64,000 nucleotides of DNA from Obrimoposthia wandeli (lineage: Eukaryota), in the NCBI GenBank assembly GCA_977020255.1, contig CDROCS010000882.1:62001-126000 (forward strand), in the 5' to 3' direction. The notes under the pieces are model-generated. The model worked only from the letters and a program-made list of their open reading frames with translations, was not told the DNA's origin and did no database searches. Position 1 is the first letter of the stretch. Each line of letters opens with the position of its first letter. The position numbers and the translations under genes were made by a program. Shown here piece by piece: positions 51,525 through 61,906 of this stretch.

Positions 51525-51851
51525 TTGGAAAATATTAACCTTGAATTTATTTCAGACCGTGATTTATATCAGTCATACATGCCTTTTATGAAAAATGGTG
51601 GCTTATTTATTCGCACTACTGAGCAACTTGCATTAGGCACTGAGGTGAACTTAATTGTTACACTACCTGATGCTTTAGAATCATCGCAGGTCAAAGGGAC
51701 GGTTTCTTGGATAACTCCGGTGGGTGCACAAAATGGTACGCCAGCGGGGATCGGTGTAAGCTTTGTTGAAGACCCTGATAATATACGTAATCAAATTGAC
51801 AAATCGATTGGACGTTTATTGAATTCACCAGAGCCAACGTTATCAATGTAG
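51525..51851 (+). CDS. pilZ: PilZ-domain protein (holB-linked type IV pilus PilZ)
   Basis: YQSYMPFMKNGGLFI, SWITP..GIGVSF; position between holB and tatD. Confidence 0.85.
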   Translation: MENINLEFISDRDLYQSYMPFMKNGGLFIRTTEQLALGTEVNLIVTLPDALESSQVKGTVSWITPVGAQNGTPAGIGVSFVEDPDNIRNQIDKSIGRLLNSPEPTLSM

Positions 51852-51918
51852 CACGCGTTGTTACCTTAAAATAGCGCTACTTTAATCATAAATTTTTATA
51901 CTAATATTAAGCACACTC

Positions 51919-52713
51919 GTGCGGAGTAACCTTGTGTTCATAGATTCCCATTGTCATTTAGACCGTTTAAAACTCGAAGATTTTGACAATAATTTAGATA
52001 ATGTCATCAATGCCGCCTTAACAGCAAAGGTCAATACCTTATTATGTGTCAGCGTTACCATAGAAGAATTTCCGGCTATGGCAGAAAAAACAGCCAAGTA
52101 CGATAATGTTTGGCTAACTTGCGGCGCGCATCCGTTAAATCAAGATGACGAAATCGATCCAGAACAGTTAAGTCAACTAGCGACACACCCTAGAGTTATC
52201 GCTATTGGTGAAACTGGTTTAGATTATTTTTATGCACCAGAAACTAAAGCGGTACAACTTGATTCTTTTCGTAAACATGTTCGTGTTGCTAACCAGTTAA
52301 ACAAACCCTTGATTATTCATACGCGTGATGCCCAAGAAGACACCTTAGCCATGCTAAGAGAAGAGAACGCAGCAAACGTTGGCGGAATTTTACATTGCTT
52401 TACCGAAAGTTGGGAAATGGCCGAACAAGCCATTGCGATGGGTTTTTATATTTCTTTTTCAGGCATTGTAACCTTTAAAAATGCTGCTGCGCTCAGAGAC
52501 GTAGCCAAAAAAGTACCTGCAGATCGCTTTTTAATTGAAACTGACGCACCCTATTTAGCGCCCGTACCGCATCGTGGTAAGCAAAACCAACCTGCTTACG
52601 TAGTTGAAGTGGCCAAGCACCTTGCGAGTATTCGCGGGACATCGGTTGAGGAAATTGCTCAGCAATCAAGTGAGAACTTTCACCGTTTATTTCCAATGAC
52701 TCAAACAGATTGA
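51919..52713 (+). CDS. TatD-family (YcfH-like) hydrolase; start may be GTG at 51934
   Basis: FIDSHCHLD, IGETGLDY, IIHTR, LHCF, ETDAPYLAP. Confidence 0.93.
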   Translation: MRSNLVFIDSHCHLDRLKLEDFDNNLDNVINAALTAKVNTLLCVSVTIEEFPAMAEKTAKYDNVWLTCGAHPLNQDDEIDPEQLSQLATHPRVIAIGETGLDYFYAPETKAVQLDSFRKHVRVANQLNKPLIIHTRDAQEDTLAMLREENAANVGGILHCFTESWEMAEQAIAMGFYISFSGIVTFKNAAALRDVAKKVPADRFLIETDAPYLAPVPHRGKQNQPAYVVEVAKHLASIRGTSVEEIAQQSSENFHRLFPMTQTD

Positions 52714-52738
52714 TTTTATAGAGAGAATATTTATAGGC

Positions 52739-52773
52739 AAAAAACAGCCCAAAACTACTGCTAGTTTCGGGCT
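52739..52773 (-). terminator. Minus-strand intrinsic terminator with no annotated minus-strand gene
   Basis: agcccgaaacta-gcag-tagttttgggct-gtttttt on the minus strand. Confidence 0.75.
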
Positions 52774-52915
52774 AAGGGAATGGCTCAAAAAGAGATGAGC
52801 CTGCGCTAATAAACTGTCAAATTTATCGAACGGTCAATAATAAACACAACAACACTTAAACATCAATTCCTCTGCTAAGAGGCTAGCGAGCAACAGGTGG
52901 ATAACTTACCCGTTG
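52739..52915 (-). ncRNA. Candidate trans-acting sRNA (about 175 nt) with GcvB-R1-like GU-rich seed
   Basis: Minus-strand TTGCAT-16-TACACT promoter, two 5' hairpins, GTGTTGTTGTGTTT at 52855-52842, 12-bp terminator with U tract. Confidence 0.55.
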
Positions 52916-53164
52916 AATTAAGTGTAGTGTAAGCTTTTATAAATGCAAAGTTAATTTTTCTTAGTTTATCTTTTTGATATTTAAATGATTGTTTTTTTGT
53001 TTGATCCCTGAGGTTACTTAACTTAAAAACGGTTTATGTATCACTTGTCTACTATTTTTACTGGCCTTTGGCTGTATTTACCGTGCATAACTCGACTAGG
53101 TAATATGAGTTTATTGTGTCATGATATTTCTCATTAATAAAAATGAAAACAGAAGAGATCTGAT

Positions 53165-54394
53165 TTGTTAAATCGTATTTGGAGTGGCTTTTTCTTCGTT
53201 GCCTTTATTTCCTCTATTGTGCAGTGGCTGGTGTTTGACCAAGTATTGGTTTTTGAAGAAATGGTTACAGCCATTTTTGATATGTCTCGGGTCACTGTTG
53301 AAATTGCTATTGGCTTAATTGGGATTTTAAGTTTTTGGCTAGGCATGATGAAAATAGCTGAGCATGCTGGTCTTATTGATAAACTCGCACAATTTATTTC
53401 TCCGTTATTTGTTCGTCTTATGCCTGGCGTGCCAAAGGGTCATCCCGCGATAGGTTCAATGACTATGAACTTGTCAGCAAATTTTCTAGGATTAGACAAC
53501 GCTGCCACACCGCTTGGTTTAAAAGCCATGCAAGATTTACAATCGCTAAATCAAAAAAAAGACACCGCTTCTAATGCGCAAATACTTTTTTTAGTACTCA
53601 ATACCTCGTCAGTAACGTTATTTCCGGTCACTGTTTTCGTTTATCGCGCCCAACAAGGCGCGCAAAATCCCACTGATGTTTTTGTGCCGATAATATTAGC
53701 AACATTTGCCTCGACTCTCGTCGGATTATTTACGGTGGCATTCGTGCAAAAAATTAAAATTGCTCAGCAGGTTATTTTACTTTATTTATCGGCCGGCATT
53801 GCCCTCATTGGTGGTGTTGTTGTTTATTTTAGTACCTTAAGTACACAGCTGTTGGCGCAACAATCTTCTTTGATGGGAAATTTGTTAATATTTAGTACGT
53901 TGATCAGTTTTATATTTTTCGCCTTAAAACGTAAGGTTAATGTTTATGACAGTTTTATTGAAGGCGCTAAACAGGGCTTTGATACGAGTATAAAGATTAT
54001 TCCCTACCTGTTAGCTATGTTGTGTGCAATCGGGGTATTTAGAGCCAGCGGTGCTTTAGATATTCTGGTGGACGGTATACGACAACTTGTTTTATTTTTT
54101 AATGGTGATATCCGCTTTGTTGATGCTTTACCTACTGCATTTATGAAGCCTTTAAGTGGCTCAGGTGCCAGAGCTATGATGATTGAAACCATGAACACTC
54201 ATGGCGCTGATTCATTTGCTGGTCGTTTGGCTTCGATTGTACAAGGCTCGACAGAAACTACATTTTACGTGCTTGCGGTTTATTTCGGCTCAGTTGGCAT
54301 TCGTTACTCTCGTCATGCTTTAGCTTGTGGACTGATTGCTGATGTGGCAGGTATAACCGCAGCCATTGGCGTTTGTTATTGGTTTTTTGGTTAA
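53165..54394 (+). CDS. Fused SpmA/SpmB nucleoside-recognition (Gate) membrane protein
   Basis: ANFLGLDNAATPLGLKAM, KPLSGSGAR, QGSTETTFYVLAVYFGSV. Confidence 0.9.
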   Translation: MLNRIWSGFFFVAFISSIVQWLVFDQVLVFEEMVTAIFDMSRVTVEIAIGLIGILSFWLGMMKIAEHAGLIDKLAQFISPLFVRLMPGVPKGHPAIGSMTMNLSANFLGLDNAATPLGLKAMQDLQSLNQKKDTASNAQILFLVLNTSSVTLFPVTVFVYRAQQGAQNPTDVFVPIILATFASTLVGLFTVAFVQKIKIAQQVILLYLSAGIALIGGVVVYFSTLSTQLLAQQSSLMGNLLIFSTLISFIFFALKRKVNVYDSFIEGAKQGFDTSIKIIPYLLAMLCAIGVFRASGALDILVDGIRQLVLFFNGDIRFVDALPTAFMKPLSGSGARAMMIETMNTHGADSFAGRLASIVQGSTETTFYVLAVYFGSVGIRYSRHALACGLIADVAGITAAIGVCYWFFG

Positions 54395-54463
54395 TGTCCT
54401 TAATTTGGGGCTAATGCGCTGACTAATGCACTTAACTAATGTAATAAGTATAGTAAACATCAG

Positions 54464-54725
54464 ATTGTCGACAGTTTTTTGTTTTTATTGAAGATGTTAG
54501 TATGCAACCTTTAGCGACCACAAAAAGCGCTTGTGTCGTATTAATCTCTTTTTATAACAAGTGCTTATGTTTTATTTTCATCAGGTTTGGTCGTTTTTCA
54601 TTTCATTTTTTAATAAATTTTACGACTAATGTCTAATGGGTATTGTCGACAATATTCTGTTTTTACGTTGACTAATAGCCATATGTCGCTATCATTACGG
54701 CATTGTTTTTAAAAGTGTCGACAAT
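54464..54725. promoter_or_regulatory. Three ATTGTCGACAAT-type operator palindromes (54464-54475, 54641-54654, 54714-54725)
   Basis: attgtcgacagt; perfect tattgtcgacaata; agtgtcgacaat just before the GntR start. Confidence 0.75.
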
Positions 54726-54726
54726 A

Positions 54727-55407
54727 ATGGCGTTAGACAATCCTACAGCTCAAACCGCAGTGACTACTGCAGATAAAGTATTTGAACAAATGCTACATGC
54801 CATTGTTAATGGCACCATCAAAGCGGGCAGCAAAATTAGTGAGCCCGAACTCGCCAAAAACTACCAAATTAGTCGCTCAACACTGCGTGAAGCGTTAAAT
54901 CGTTTAGAAAAATGTCATTTAATTGAGCGTAAAGCCAATGTTGGTTCGCGTGTCGTTGAATGCTCAATTGCCGGACTGTTAGAAATTTATGTCGTGCGTG
55001 AAGCTCTCGAAGGCATGGCTTGTCGTCAAGCGGCAATAAATATGACTGAAGATGAAATTATTGACATGCGCGCTATGCTCAAACAACATGCCAGTGCCAA
55101 AGCATTGCGTGATGGTATTTCATATTACCAAGAAGAAGGCGATTTAGACTTTCACTATAAAGTGATACTCGGCAGTCATAATCAACAACTGATCAATATT
55201 CTTTGTGGCCAACTTTATCACCTTGTTCGTATGTACCGTTGTCAGTTTGGTATGAATAGCCCACGGGCAACTAAAGCTTTTGATGAACATTCTCGCATTA
55301 TTGAAGCCATTGCCGATCGTGATGGTGAGTTAGCTGAAATGTTAATGAGGCGCCATATTGCGGCCTCAAGAAAAAATATTGAAAACAAAATTGCTCGACA
55401 ACAATGA
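54727..55407 (+). CDS. GntR/FCD-family regulator of the methylcitrate operon
   Basis: KISEPELA..ISRSTLREAL wHTH, FCD DLDFHY..EH..IIEAI; first gene before prpB. Confidence 0.9.
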   Translation: MALDNPTAQTAVTTADKVFEQMLHAIVNGTIKAGSKISEPELAKNYQISRSTLREALNRLEKCHLIERKANVGSRVVECSIAGLLEIYVVREALEGMACRQAAINMTEDEIIDMRAMLKQHASAKALRDGISYYQEEGDLDFHYKVILGSHNQQLINILCGQLYHLVRMYRCQFGMNSPRATKAFDEHSRIIEAIADRDGELAEMLMRRHIAASRKNIENKIARQQ

Positions 55408-55437
55408 TGTTGAGCGTTTGTGTTATAGCAAACTATT

Positions 55438-55480
55438 TAACTTAACTTAACTTAACTGAATTCAACTGAATTAACTCAAC
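55438..55480. repeat. Degenerate 5-bp (TAACT/CAACT) microsatellite
   Basis: taacttaacttaacttaactgaattcaactgaattaactcaac. Confidence 0.7.
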
Positions 55481-55533
55481 GGGTTTGAATTTAACTTAAT
55501 TAGCACATTACATGATTAAAAAAGGATAAAGCA

Positions 55534-56424
55534 ATGACTAAACAATTATCTCCTGGCGCGAAGTTTCGCCAAGCTTTAGCAAATAATAAACCCTTGCAAG
55601 TAGTCGGTACTATTAATGCGTATTGCGCCATGATGGCCGAGCAATTAGGTCATCAAGCCATTTATTTATCTGGTGGTGGTGTGGCTAATGCTTCTTATGG
55701 TTTACCTGATTTGGGCATGACATCGCTTAATGATGTGATTGCTGATGTACAACGTATTACCAGTGCATCAAGCCTACCTTTATTGGTTGATATTGACACG
55801 GGTTGGGGTGGCGCTTTTAACATCGCGAAAACTATTCGCGATATGGAAAAAGCCGGTGCTGCAGCGGTGCATTTAGAAGATCAAGTGGCGCAAAAACGCT
55901 GTGGTCATCGTCCAAATAAAGAAATTGTTTCAACGGCTGAAATGGCTGATCGTATCAAAGCGGCGGTTGATGCTCGTAACGATAAAGACTTTTTTATCAT
56001 GGCGCGCACGGATGCTTTTGCTCAAGAAGGTTTAGAAGCGGCACTAGAGCGTGCAAAAGCTTATGTTGCTGCTGGCGCTGATGGCATTTTTGCTGAAGCA
56101 GTAAAAACAGAAGCGCATTATCGAGCTTTTACTGAAGCACTTGACGTACCTGTATTAGCTAACATTACTGAGTTTGGTCAAACAGAGTTGTGGAATAAAG
56201 CACAGTTAGGTGAGTGGGGCTGCGCTATGGTGCTTTACCCATTATCAGCATTTCGAGCAATGAATAAAGCCGCAGAATCGGTTTATAAAACCTTGCTTGA
56301 GGATGGCGATCAAAAAGCGGAAATAGATAATATGCAAACACGCATGGATTTATACGACTATCTTGGTTACCACGATTATGAACAAAAACTTGATGTTTTG
56401 TTTTCTGAAGGCAAAAACAAGTAG
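55534..56424 (+). CDS. prpB: 2-methylisocitrate lyase
   Basis: [35 protein letters not shown]. Confidence 0.97.
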   Translation: MTKQLSPGAKFRQALANNKPLQVVGTINAYCAMMAEQLGHQAIYLSGGGVANASYGLPDLGMTSLNDVIADVQRITSASSLPLLVDIDTGWGGAFNIAKTIRDMEKAGAAAVHLEDQVAQKRCGHRPNKEIVSTAEMADRIKAAVDARNDKDFFIMARTDAFAQEGLEAALERAKAYVAAGADGIFAEAVKTEAHYRAFTEALDVPVLANITEFGQTELWNKAQLGEWGCAMVLYPLSAFRAMNKAAESVYKTLLEDGDQKAEIDNMQTRMDLYDYLGYHDYEQKLDVLFSEGKNK

Positions 56425-56550
56425 TTTATAAAAGCTAAGCTTATAAAAATAAGATTAGAAAAAGTAGATTCATAGAAAATAAACTCATAGAAAATAAATT
56501 TTAATCTTTAATGGCATATTTCAGCGGTTAAAGGACAAGAGGAGAGGATC

Positions 56551-57675
56551 ATGACAGAGAAAAAATTATCAGGTGCAGGTTTACGTGGTCAAAGTGCTGG
56601 CGAAACAGCGTTATGTACCGTAGGAAAATCAGGCTCAGGTTTAACTTATTGTGGTTACGATATTGCTGATTTAGCTGACAACGCAACCTTTGAAGAAGTA
56701 GCTTATTTGCTTTTCAATGGCGAATTGCCTAATGAAAAAGAATTGGCGGCCTATAAAACTGAACTATTGGCCATGCGCGACTTGCCACAAGCATTAAAAG
56801 AAGTGCTTAAGCTTATTCCAAAAGAAACGCATCCAATGGATGTTATGCGCACTGGTTGTTCATTTTTAGGTAACTTAGAGCCTGAAAATGACTTTAGCGA
56901 ACAAAACCGTGCTGCTAACCGTTTGTTATCAGCATTTCCTGCGATTATGTGTTATTGGTATAAATTCTCTCATGACGGTGTGGAAATTGACTGTACGTCA
57001 GATGAAGCATCGCTTGGCGGACACTTTTTACGTTTGTTAAATGGCGAAAGCCCGTCAGTCCAGCATGAACGTGTTATGGATGTATCATTAATCTTGTATG
57101 CTGAGCATGAATTTAACGCTTCTACATTTACGGCCCGTGTTTGTGCCTCAACGTTGTCTGATATGTTCTCATGTGTAACGGGCGCTATCGGTACCTTACG
57201 TGGACCACTGCATGGCGGCGCTAATGAAGCGGCAATGGACATGATTGAAACTTTTAGCTCGCCTGCTGATGCTAAAGAAAAAATGGCCGGTATGCTTGAG
57301 CGTAAAGAAAAAATTATGGGCTTTGGTCATGCGGTTTACAGCACATCAGATCCACGTAACGTTATTATCAAAGCCTGGTCTGAAAAGCTAGCAGCGGAAA
57401 ATGGCAATACCTCGTTGTACGACATCTCTGTCGCATGTGAAGAGTTTATGTGGGACAGTAAAAAATTATTTTGTAATGCTGACTTTTTCCATGCTTCAAC
57501 ATACAACTATATGGCTATTCCAACGAAATTATTTACCCCAATCTTTGTTTGTTCGCGTTTAACGGGTTGGGCTGCTCATGTCATGGAGCAACGTTCAAAT
57601 AACCGTATTATTCGTCCTTCTGCTGATTATATTGGAGCAGAGCCGCGTAAGGTTGTGGCAATCTCACAACGATAG
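56551..57675 (+). CDS. prpC: 2-methylcitrate synthase
   Basis: GLRGQSAG, YAEHEFNASTF, GPLHGGANE, MGFGHAVY. Confidence 0.96.
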   Translation: MTEKKLSGAGLRGQSAGETALCTVGKSGSGLTYCGYDIADLADNATFEEVAYLLFNGELPNEKELAAYKTELLAMRDLPQALKEVLKLIPKETHPMDVMRTGCSFLGNLEPENDFSEQNRAANRLLSAFPAIMCYWYKFSHDGVEIDCTSDEASLGGHFLRLLNGESPSVQHERVMDVSLILYAEHEFNASTFTARVCASTLSDMFSCVTGAIGTLRGPLHGGANEAAMDMIETFSSPADAKEKMAGMLERKEKIMGFGHAVYSTSDPRNVIIKAWSEKLAAENGNTSLYDISVACEEFMWDSKKLFCNADFFHASTYNYMAIPTKLFTPIFVCSRLTGWAAHVMEQRSNNRIIRPSADYIGAEPRKVVAISQR

Positions 57676-57700
57676 TTTTACGGAGTGTTTTTCACAATTT

Positions 57701-57754
57701 CAGTGTTAGAAAGTACTGGCATAGCAAATACTATGCGTCGAACATTCTGCCTTG
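57701..57754 (+). repeat. G(C/T)GTT-hairpin-GCCTTG module between prpC and acnD
   Basis: cagtgtt agaa..gcatag caaata ctatgc..ttct gccttg. Confidence 0.5.
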
Positions 57755-57861
57755 AATGAGTAAAAAATTCCTGCGTCATTAACTTAAATATATGAATAGA
57801 GGAGTACATTAAGTGAATAACTTTGCTTGTGCTCCTTTTTCGCTATAAATGTGGAAAGATT

Positions 57862-60492
57862 ATGAATTACGATTATCGCAAACCCTTACCCGGTTATAAG
57901 CACAATGGCCTCACTATCGACTTCTTTGATACTAGAGAAGCGATTGATGCCATAAAGCCCGATGCTTATAAAACGCTACCTTACACCTCTCGGGTATTGG
58001 CTGAACAATTAGTCCGCAGATGCGATCCTGCAACCTTAACCGACGCGCTTAAGCAAATTATTGACAGCAAGCAAGACTTAGATTTTCCATGGTATCCAGC
58101 ACGCGTGGTGTGTCATGATATTTTAGGTCAAACCGCTTTAGTTGATTTAGCTGGTTTGCGTGATGCTATTGCTGAGCAAGGTGGTGATCCTGCAAAAGTA
58201 AACCCAGTTGTACCAACGCAATTAATTGTCGATCATTCTCTTGCGGTTGAAGCGGCGGGCTTTGATAGCGAAGCGTTTGATAAAAACCGCGCAATTGAAG
58301 ACCGACGCAATGAACAGCGTTTTCATTTTATTGAGTGGACTAAAACCGCCTTTAAAAATGTTGATGTTATTCCAGCGGGCAACGGCATTATGCATCAAAT
58401 CAATTTAGAAAAAATGTCACCGGTTATTCAAGCGCGTGATGGTGTCGCTTTTCCTGACACGTGTGTTGGCACCGATAGCCATACGCCGCATATCGATTGC
58501 TTGGGTGTTATTGCTATTGGTGTTGGTGGTTTAGAAGCTGAAACCGTAATGTTAGGTCGCCCGTCAATGATGCGCCTACCTGATATTATTGGTGTAAAGC
58601 TGACTGGCAAACGCCAACCGGGTATTACTGCCACTGATTTAGTGTTGGCCATTACTGAGTTTTTACGTAACCAAAAAGTTGTTTCTAGCTATTTAGAATT
58701 TTTTGGCGAAGGTACGAAAAGCTTAACCATTGGTGACCGAGCGACTATTTCGAACATGACACCAGAATACGGTGCATCGGCAGGTATGTTTTATATCGAT
58801 GAACAAACCATTGATTATTTAAAGCTTACTGGCCGTGAACCAGAGCAAGTTGCCCTAGTTGAAACGTATGCCAAACATACCGGGCTTTGGGCTGACGATT
58901 TAGTTGAAGCGCAATATCCGCGTGTTATCGAATTTGATTTATCAACCGTAGGTCGTAATTTAGCGGGTCCTTCAAACCCACATCGTCGTTTAGCAACAGC
59001 AGATTTAGCCGCGAAAGATATTGCTAAAGACTTAGCGGCCTGTAAAACACAAGAGGCAGAAGGGTACATGCCAGATGGTGCGGTTATTATTGCCGCTATC
59101 ACTTCTTGTACCAATACCTCTAACCCGCGTAACGTAGTTGCGGCTGGTTTAATCGCTAAAAAAGCCAATGAACTTGGCCTAGTGCGCAAGCCTTGGGTTA
59201 AATCATCATTTGCACCCGGCTCAAAAGTGGCCAAGCTTTATTTAGAAGAAGCGGGTTTGCTCTCTGAAATGGAAAAATTAGGTTTTGGTATCGTCGGTTA
59301 TGCCTGTACTACATGTAATGGTATGTCTGGTGCGTTAGATGCTAAAATTCAACAAGAAATTATCGACCGTGATTTGTATTCAACGGCGGTATTATCGGGT
59401 AACCGTAACTTTGATGGTCGTATTCATCCCTATGCTAAACAAGCATTTTTAGCGTCACCACCGTTAGTGGTTGCTTATGCCATTGCCGGTACCATTCGCT
59501 TTGATATTGAAAAAGATATTTTAGGACAAGATCAACAAGGTAATGACATTACCTTGAAAGATATTTGGCCAAGTGATGAAGAGATTGATCGCATTGTTGC
59601 CACTTGCGTTAAGCCTGAGCAATTCAAAAAAATCTACACGCCTATGTTTGATTTAGGTGCTTTTGAGCCAGCTGAAAGTCCGTTATATGCATGGGACGAA
59701 ACTAGCACCTATATTCGTCGCCCGCCTTACTGGAATAAAGAGGGGGAAGGTGCATTAGCCGGTGAGCGTACCATGAAAGGTATGCGTCCATTGGCGGTGT
59801 TAGGCGATAACATTACTACCGATCATTTATCACCGTCAAATGCCATTCAACTTAACAGTGCTGCTGGCGCATATTTGCATAAAATGGGCTTGCCAGAAGC
59901 TGATTTTAACTCTTACGCAACGCATCGCGGTGACCATTTAACGGCGCAACGTGCAACGTTTGCTAACCCTAAATTGTTTAACGAAATGTGTCGTGACGAA
60001 AACGGTGAAGTTAAACAAGGTTCGCTTGCTCGTATAGAGCCTGAAGGCACTGAATCACGCATGTGGGAAGCGATTGAAACCTACATGCAACGTAAACAAC
60101 CGTTAATTATTATTGCCGGTGCAGATTATGGTCAAGGCTCATCACGTGATTGGGCAGCTAAAGGTGTTCGCTTAGCGGGTGTGGAAGTTATTGTATCGGA
60201 AGGTTTTGAGCGAATTCATCGTACTAACTTAGTCGGCATGGGGGTTTTACCATTAGAGTTTATCAAGGGTGAAACTCGTCATACTTACAACATTGATGGT
60301 ACTGAAACTTTTGATGTCGAAGGTACAACGGCTCCTGGTGCCGCCATGTCTGTTGTTATGACGCGTCGTAATGGCGAAACCGTGACCATTGCCGTTAAGT
60401 GTCGATTAGATACGGCAGAAGAAGTTTCTGTTTACGCCGCAGGCGGGGTATTGCAGAAGTTTGCTAACGATTTCTTGGAATCTAATACCTAA
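57862..60492 (+). CDS. acnD: Fe/S-dependent 2-methylisocitrate dehydratase
   Basis: CHDILGQTALVDLAGLRD, DSHT, ITSCTNTSNP, CTTCNGMSG, GSSRDWAAKG. Confidence 0.96.
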   Translation: MNYDYRKPLPGYKHNGLTIDFFDTREAIDAIKPDAYKTLPYTSRVLAEQLVRRCDPATLTDALKQIIDSKQDLDFPWYPARVVCHDILGQTALVDLAGLRDAIAEQGGDPAKVNPVVPTQLIVDHSLAVEAAGFDSEAFDKNRAIEDRRNEQRFHFIEWTKTAFKNVDVIPAGNGIMHQINLEKMSPVIQARDGVAFPDTCVGTDSHTPHIDCLGVIAIGVGGLEAETVMLGRPSMMRLPDIIGVKLTGKRQPGITATDLVLAITEFLRNQKVVSSYLEFFGEGTKSLTIGDRATISNMTPEYGASAGMFYIDEQTIDYLKLTGREPEQVALVETYAKHTGLWADDLVEAQYPRVIEFDLSTVGRNLAGPSNPHRRLATADLAAKDIAKDLAACKTQEAEGYMPDGAVIIAAITSCTNTSNPRNVVAAGLIAKKANELGLVRKPWVKSSFAPGSKVAKLYLEEAGLLSEMEKLGFGIVGYACTTCNGMSGALDAKIQQEIIDRDLYSTAVLSGNRNFDGRIHPYAKQAFLASPPLVVAYAIAGTIRFDIEKDILGQDQQGNDITLKDIWPSDEEIDRIVATCVKPEQFKKIYTPMFDLGAFEPAESPLYAWDETSTYIRRPPYWNKEGEGALAGERTMKGMRPLAVLGDNITTDHLSPSNAIQLNSAAGAYLHKMGLPEADFNSYATHRGDHLTAQRATFANPKLFNEMCRDENGEVKQGSLARIEPEGTESRMWEAIETYMQRKQPLIIIAGADYGQGSSRDWAAKGVRLAGVEVIVSEGFERIHRTNLVGMGVLPLEFIKGETRHTYNIDGTETFDVEGTTAPGAAMSVVMTRRNGETVTIAVKCRLDTAEEVSVYAAGGVLQKFANDFLESNT

Positions 60493-60697
60493 AGGTTGAT
60501 TGGTAATAATAACGCCAATGGTTGTGCGGATATTTAATTTTGGATGTAAATCTAGATATAAATTACGCACGACTAAATTATTATTACTCAACGGTATATA
60601 CATGACTAATTTTAAGACTAAGGTCATGAAATTTATCAGCAGTAAATAGTTTCTATTTGCTGCTTTTTATTAAGAATAAGTAAAAAAGGCGCTCGTT

Positions 60698-61906
60698 ATG
60701 TCTCATGTTCCTCAAGTACACTTACCTCAAGTAAAAGTTCCTGCTACCTATATGCGTGGTGGCACATCAAAAGGTGTGTTTTTTAATTTAGCTGACTTAC
60801 CAGAACGTTGCCAAGTCCCAGGACCAGCGCGCGACAATATGCTACTTCGTGTTATAGGTAGCCCAGATCCTTACGGTAAACAAACTGACGGTATGGGCGG
60901 TGCAACCTCAAGTACGAGCAAAACGGTTATTTTGGCTAAAAGTGAAGTGCCTGATCACGATGTAGATTATTTGTTTGGCCAAGTCGCTATTGATAAAGCG
61001 TTTGTTGATTGGTCGGGTAATTGTGGCAACTTAACCGCAGCGGTCGGCTCATTTGCCATCAATGCTGGTTTAGTTGACTCGTCACGTATCCCTGAAAATG
61101 GTGTTTGTATTGTCCGTATTTGGCAGAAAAACATTGCCAAAACTATTATCGCACGTGTTCCTATCACAAATGGCCAAGTTCAAGAAACTGGTGACTTTGA
61201 ACTTGATGGTGTTACCTTTCCTGCAGCAGAAGTACCTGTGGAGTTTGTTGCGCCTGTTGACCCATCTGAGGCGATGTTTCCCACCGGTAATGTTGTTGAT
61301 GAACTTGAGGTACCTGCTGTTGGCGAGTTTAAAGCGGCAAAATATCAAGTGACGATGATCAATGCTGGTATTCCCACTATTTTCTTAAATGCTGAAGATA
61401 TTGGTTATACAGGCACAGAGTTGCAAGAAGCAATAAATAGTGACGATGCGGCATTAGCTCGTTTTGAAACTATTCGTGCGGCTGGCGCGATTAAAATGGG
61501 CTTGATTAACGATGTCTCTGAAGCGGCTGCACGTCAACATACCCCGAAAGTGGCCTTTGTTAGCGGCGCTAAAGACTATGTAACATCAAGCGGTAAAGCG
61601 GTTCTAAGTACAGATATCGACTTGCATGTGCGTGCATTATCCATGGGGAAATTACATCATGCCATGATGGGCACAGCAGCAGTGGCTATTGGCGCTGCAG
61701 CGGCAATACCAGGCACATTAGTGAATGTAGCCGCTGGCGGCGGTGACCGCGATGCCGTGGTATTTGGTCATCCGTCAGGCACACTAAAAGTGGGCGCTCA
61801 AGCATCACAGATTAATGCGCAGTGGACGGTAGATAAAGCTATTATGAGTCGAAGCGCGCGTGTATTGATGGAAGGTTGGGTACGTATTCCACAAGATTCA
61901 TTTTAA
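60698..61906 (+). CDS. prpF: 2-methylaconitate cis-trans isomerase
   Basis: YMRGGTSKG, GGATSSTSK, GNCGNL, GKLHHAMMGT, SRSARVLMEG. Confidence 0.96.
   Translation: MSHVPQVHLPQVKVPATYMRGGTSKGVFFNLADLPERCQVPGPARDNMLLRVIGSPDPYGKQTDGMGGATSSTSKTVILAKSEVPDHDVDYLFGQVAIDKAFVDWSGNCGNLTAAVGSFAINAGLVDSSRIPENGVCIVRIWQKNIAKTIIARVPITNGQVQETGDFELDGVTFPAAEVPVEFVAPVDPSEAMFPTGNVVDELEVPAVGEFKAAKYQVTMINAGIPTIFLNAEDIGYTGTELQEAINSDDAALARFETIRAAGAIKMGLINDVSEAAARQHTPKVAFVSGAKDYVTSSGKAVLSTDIDLHVRALSMGKLHHAMMGTAAVAIGAAAAIPGTLVNVAAGGGDRDAVVFGHPSGTLKVGAQASQINAQWTVDKAIMSRSARVLMEGWVRIPQDSF

Noticed and set aside
51525-51851. PilZ as c-di-GMP receptor for the nearby GGDEF/HD-GYP genes
   Set aside because: holB-linked PilZ lacks the RxxxR motif and is a conserved housekeeping neighbour
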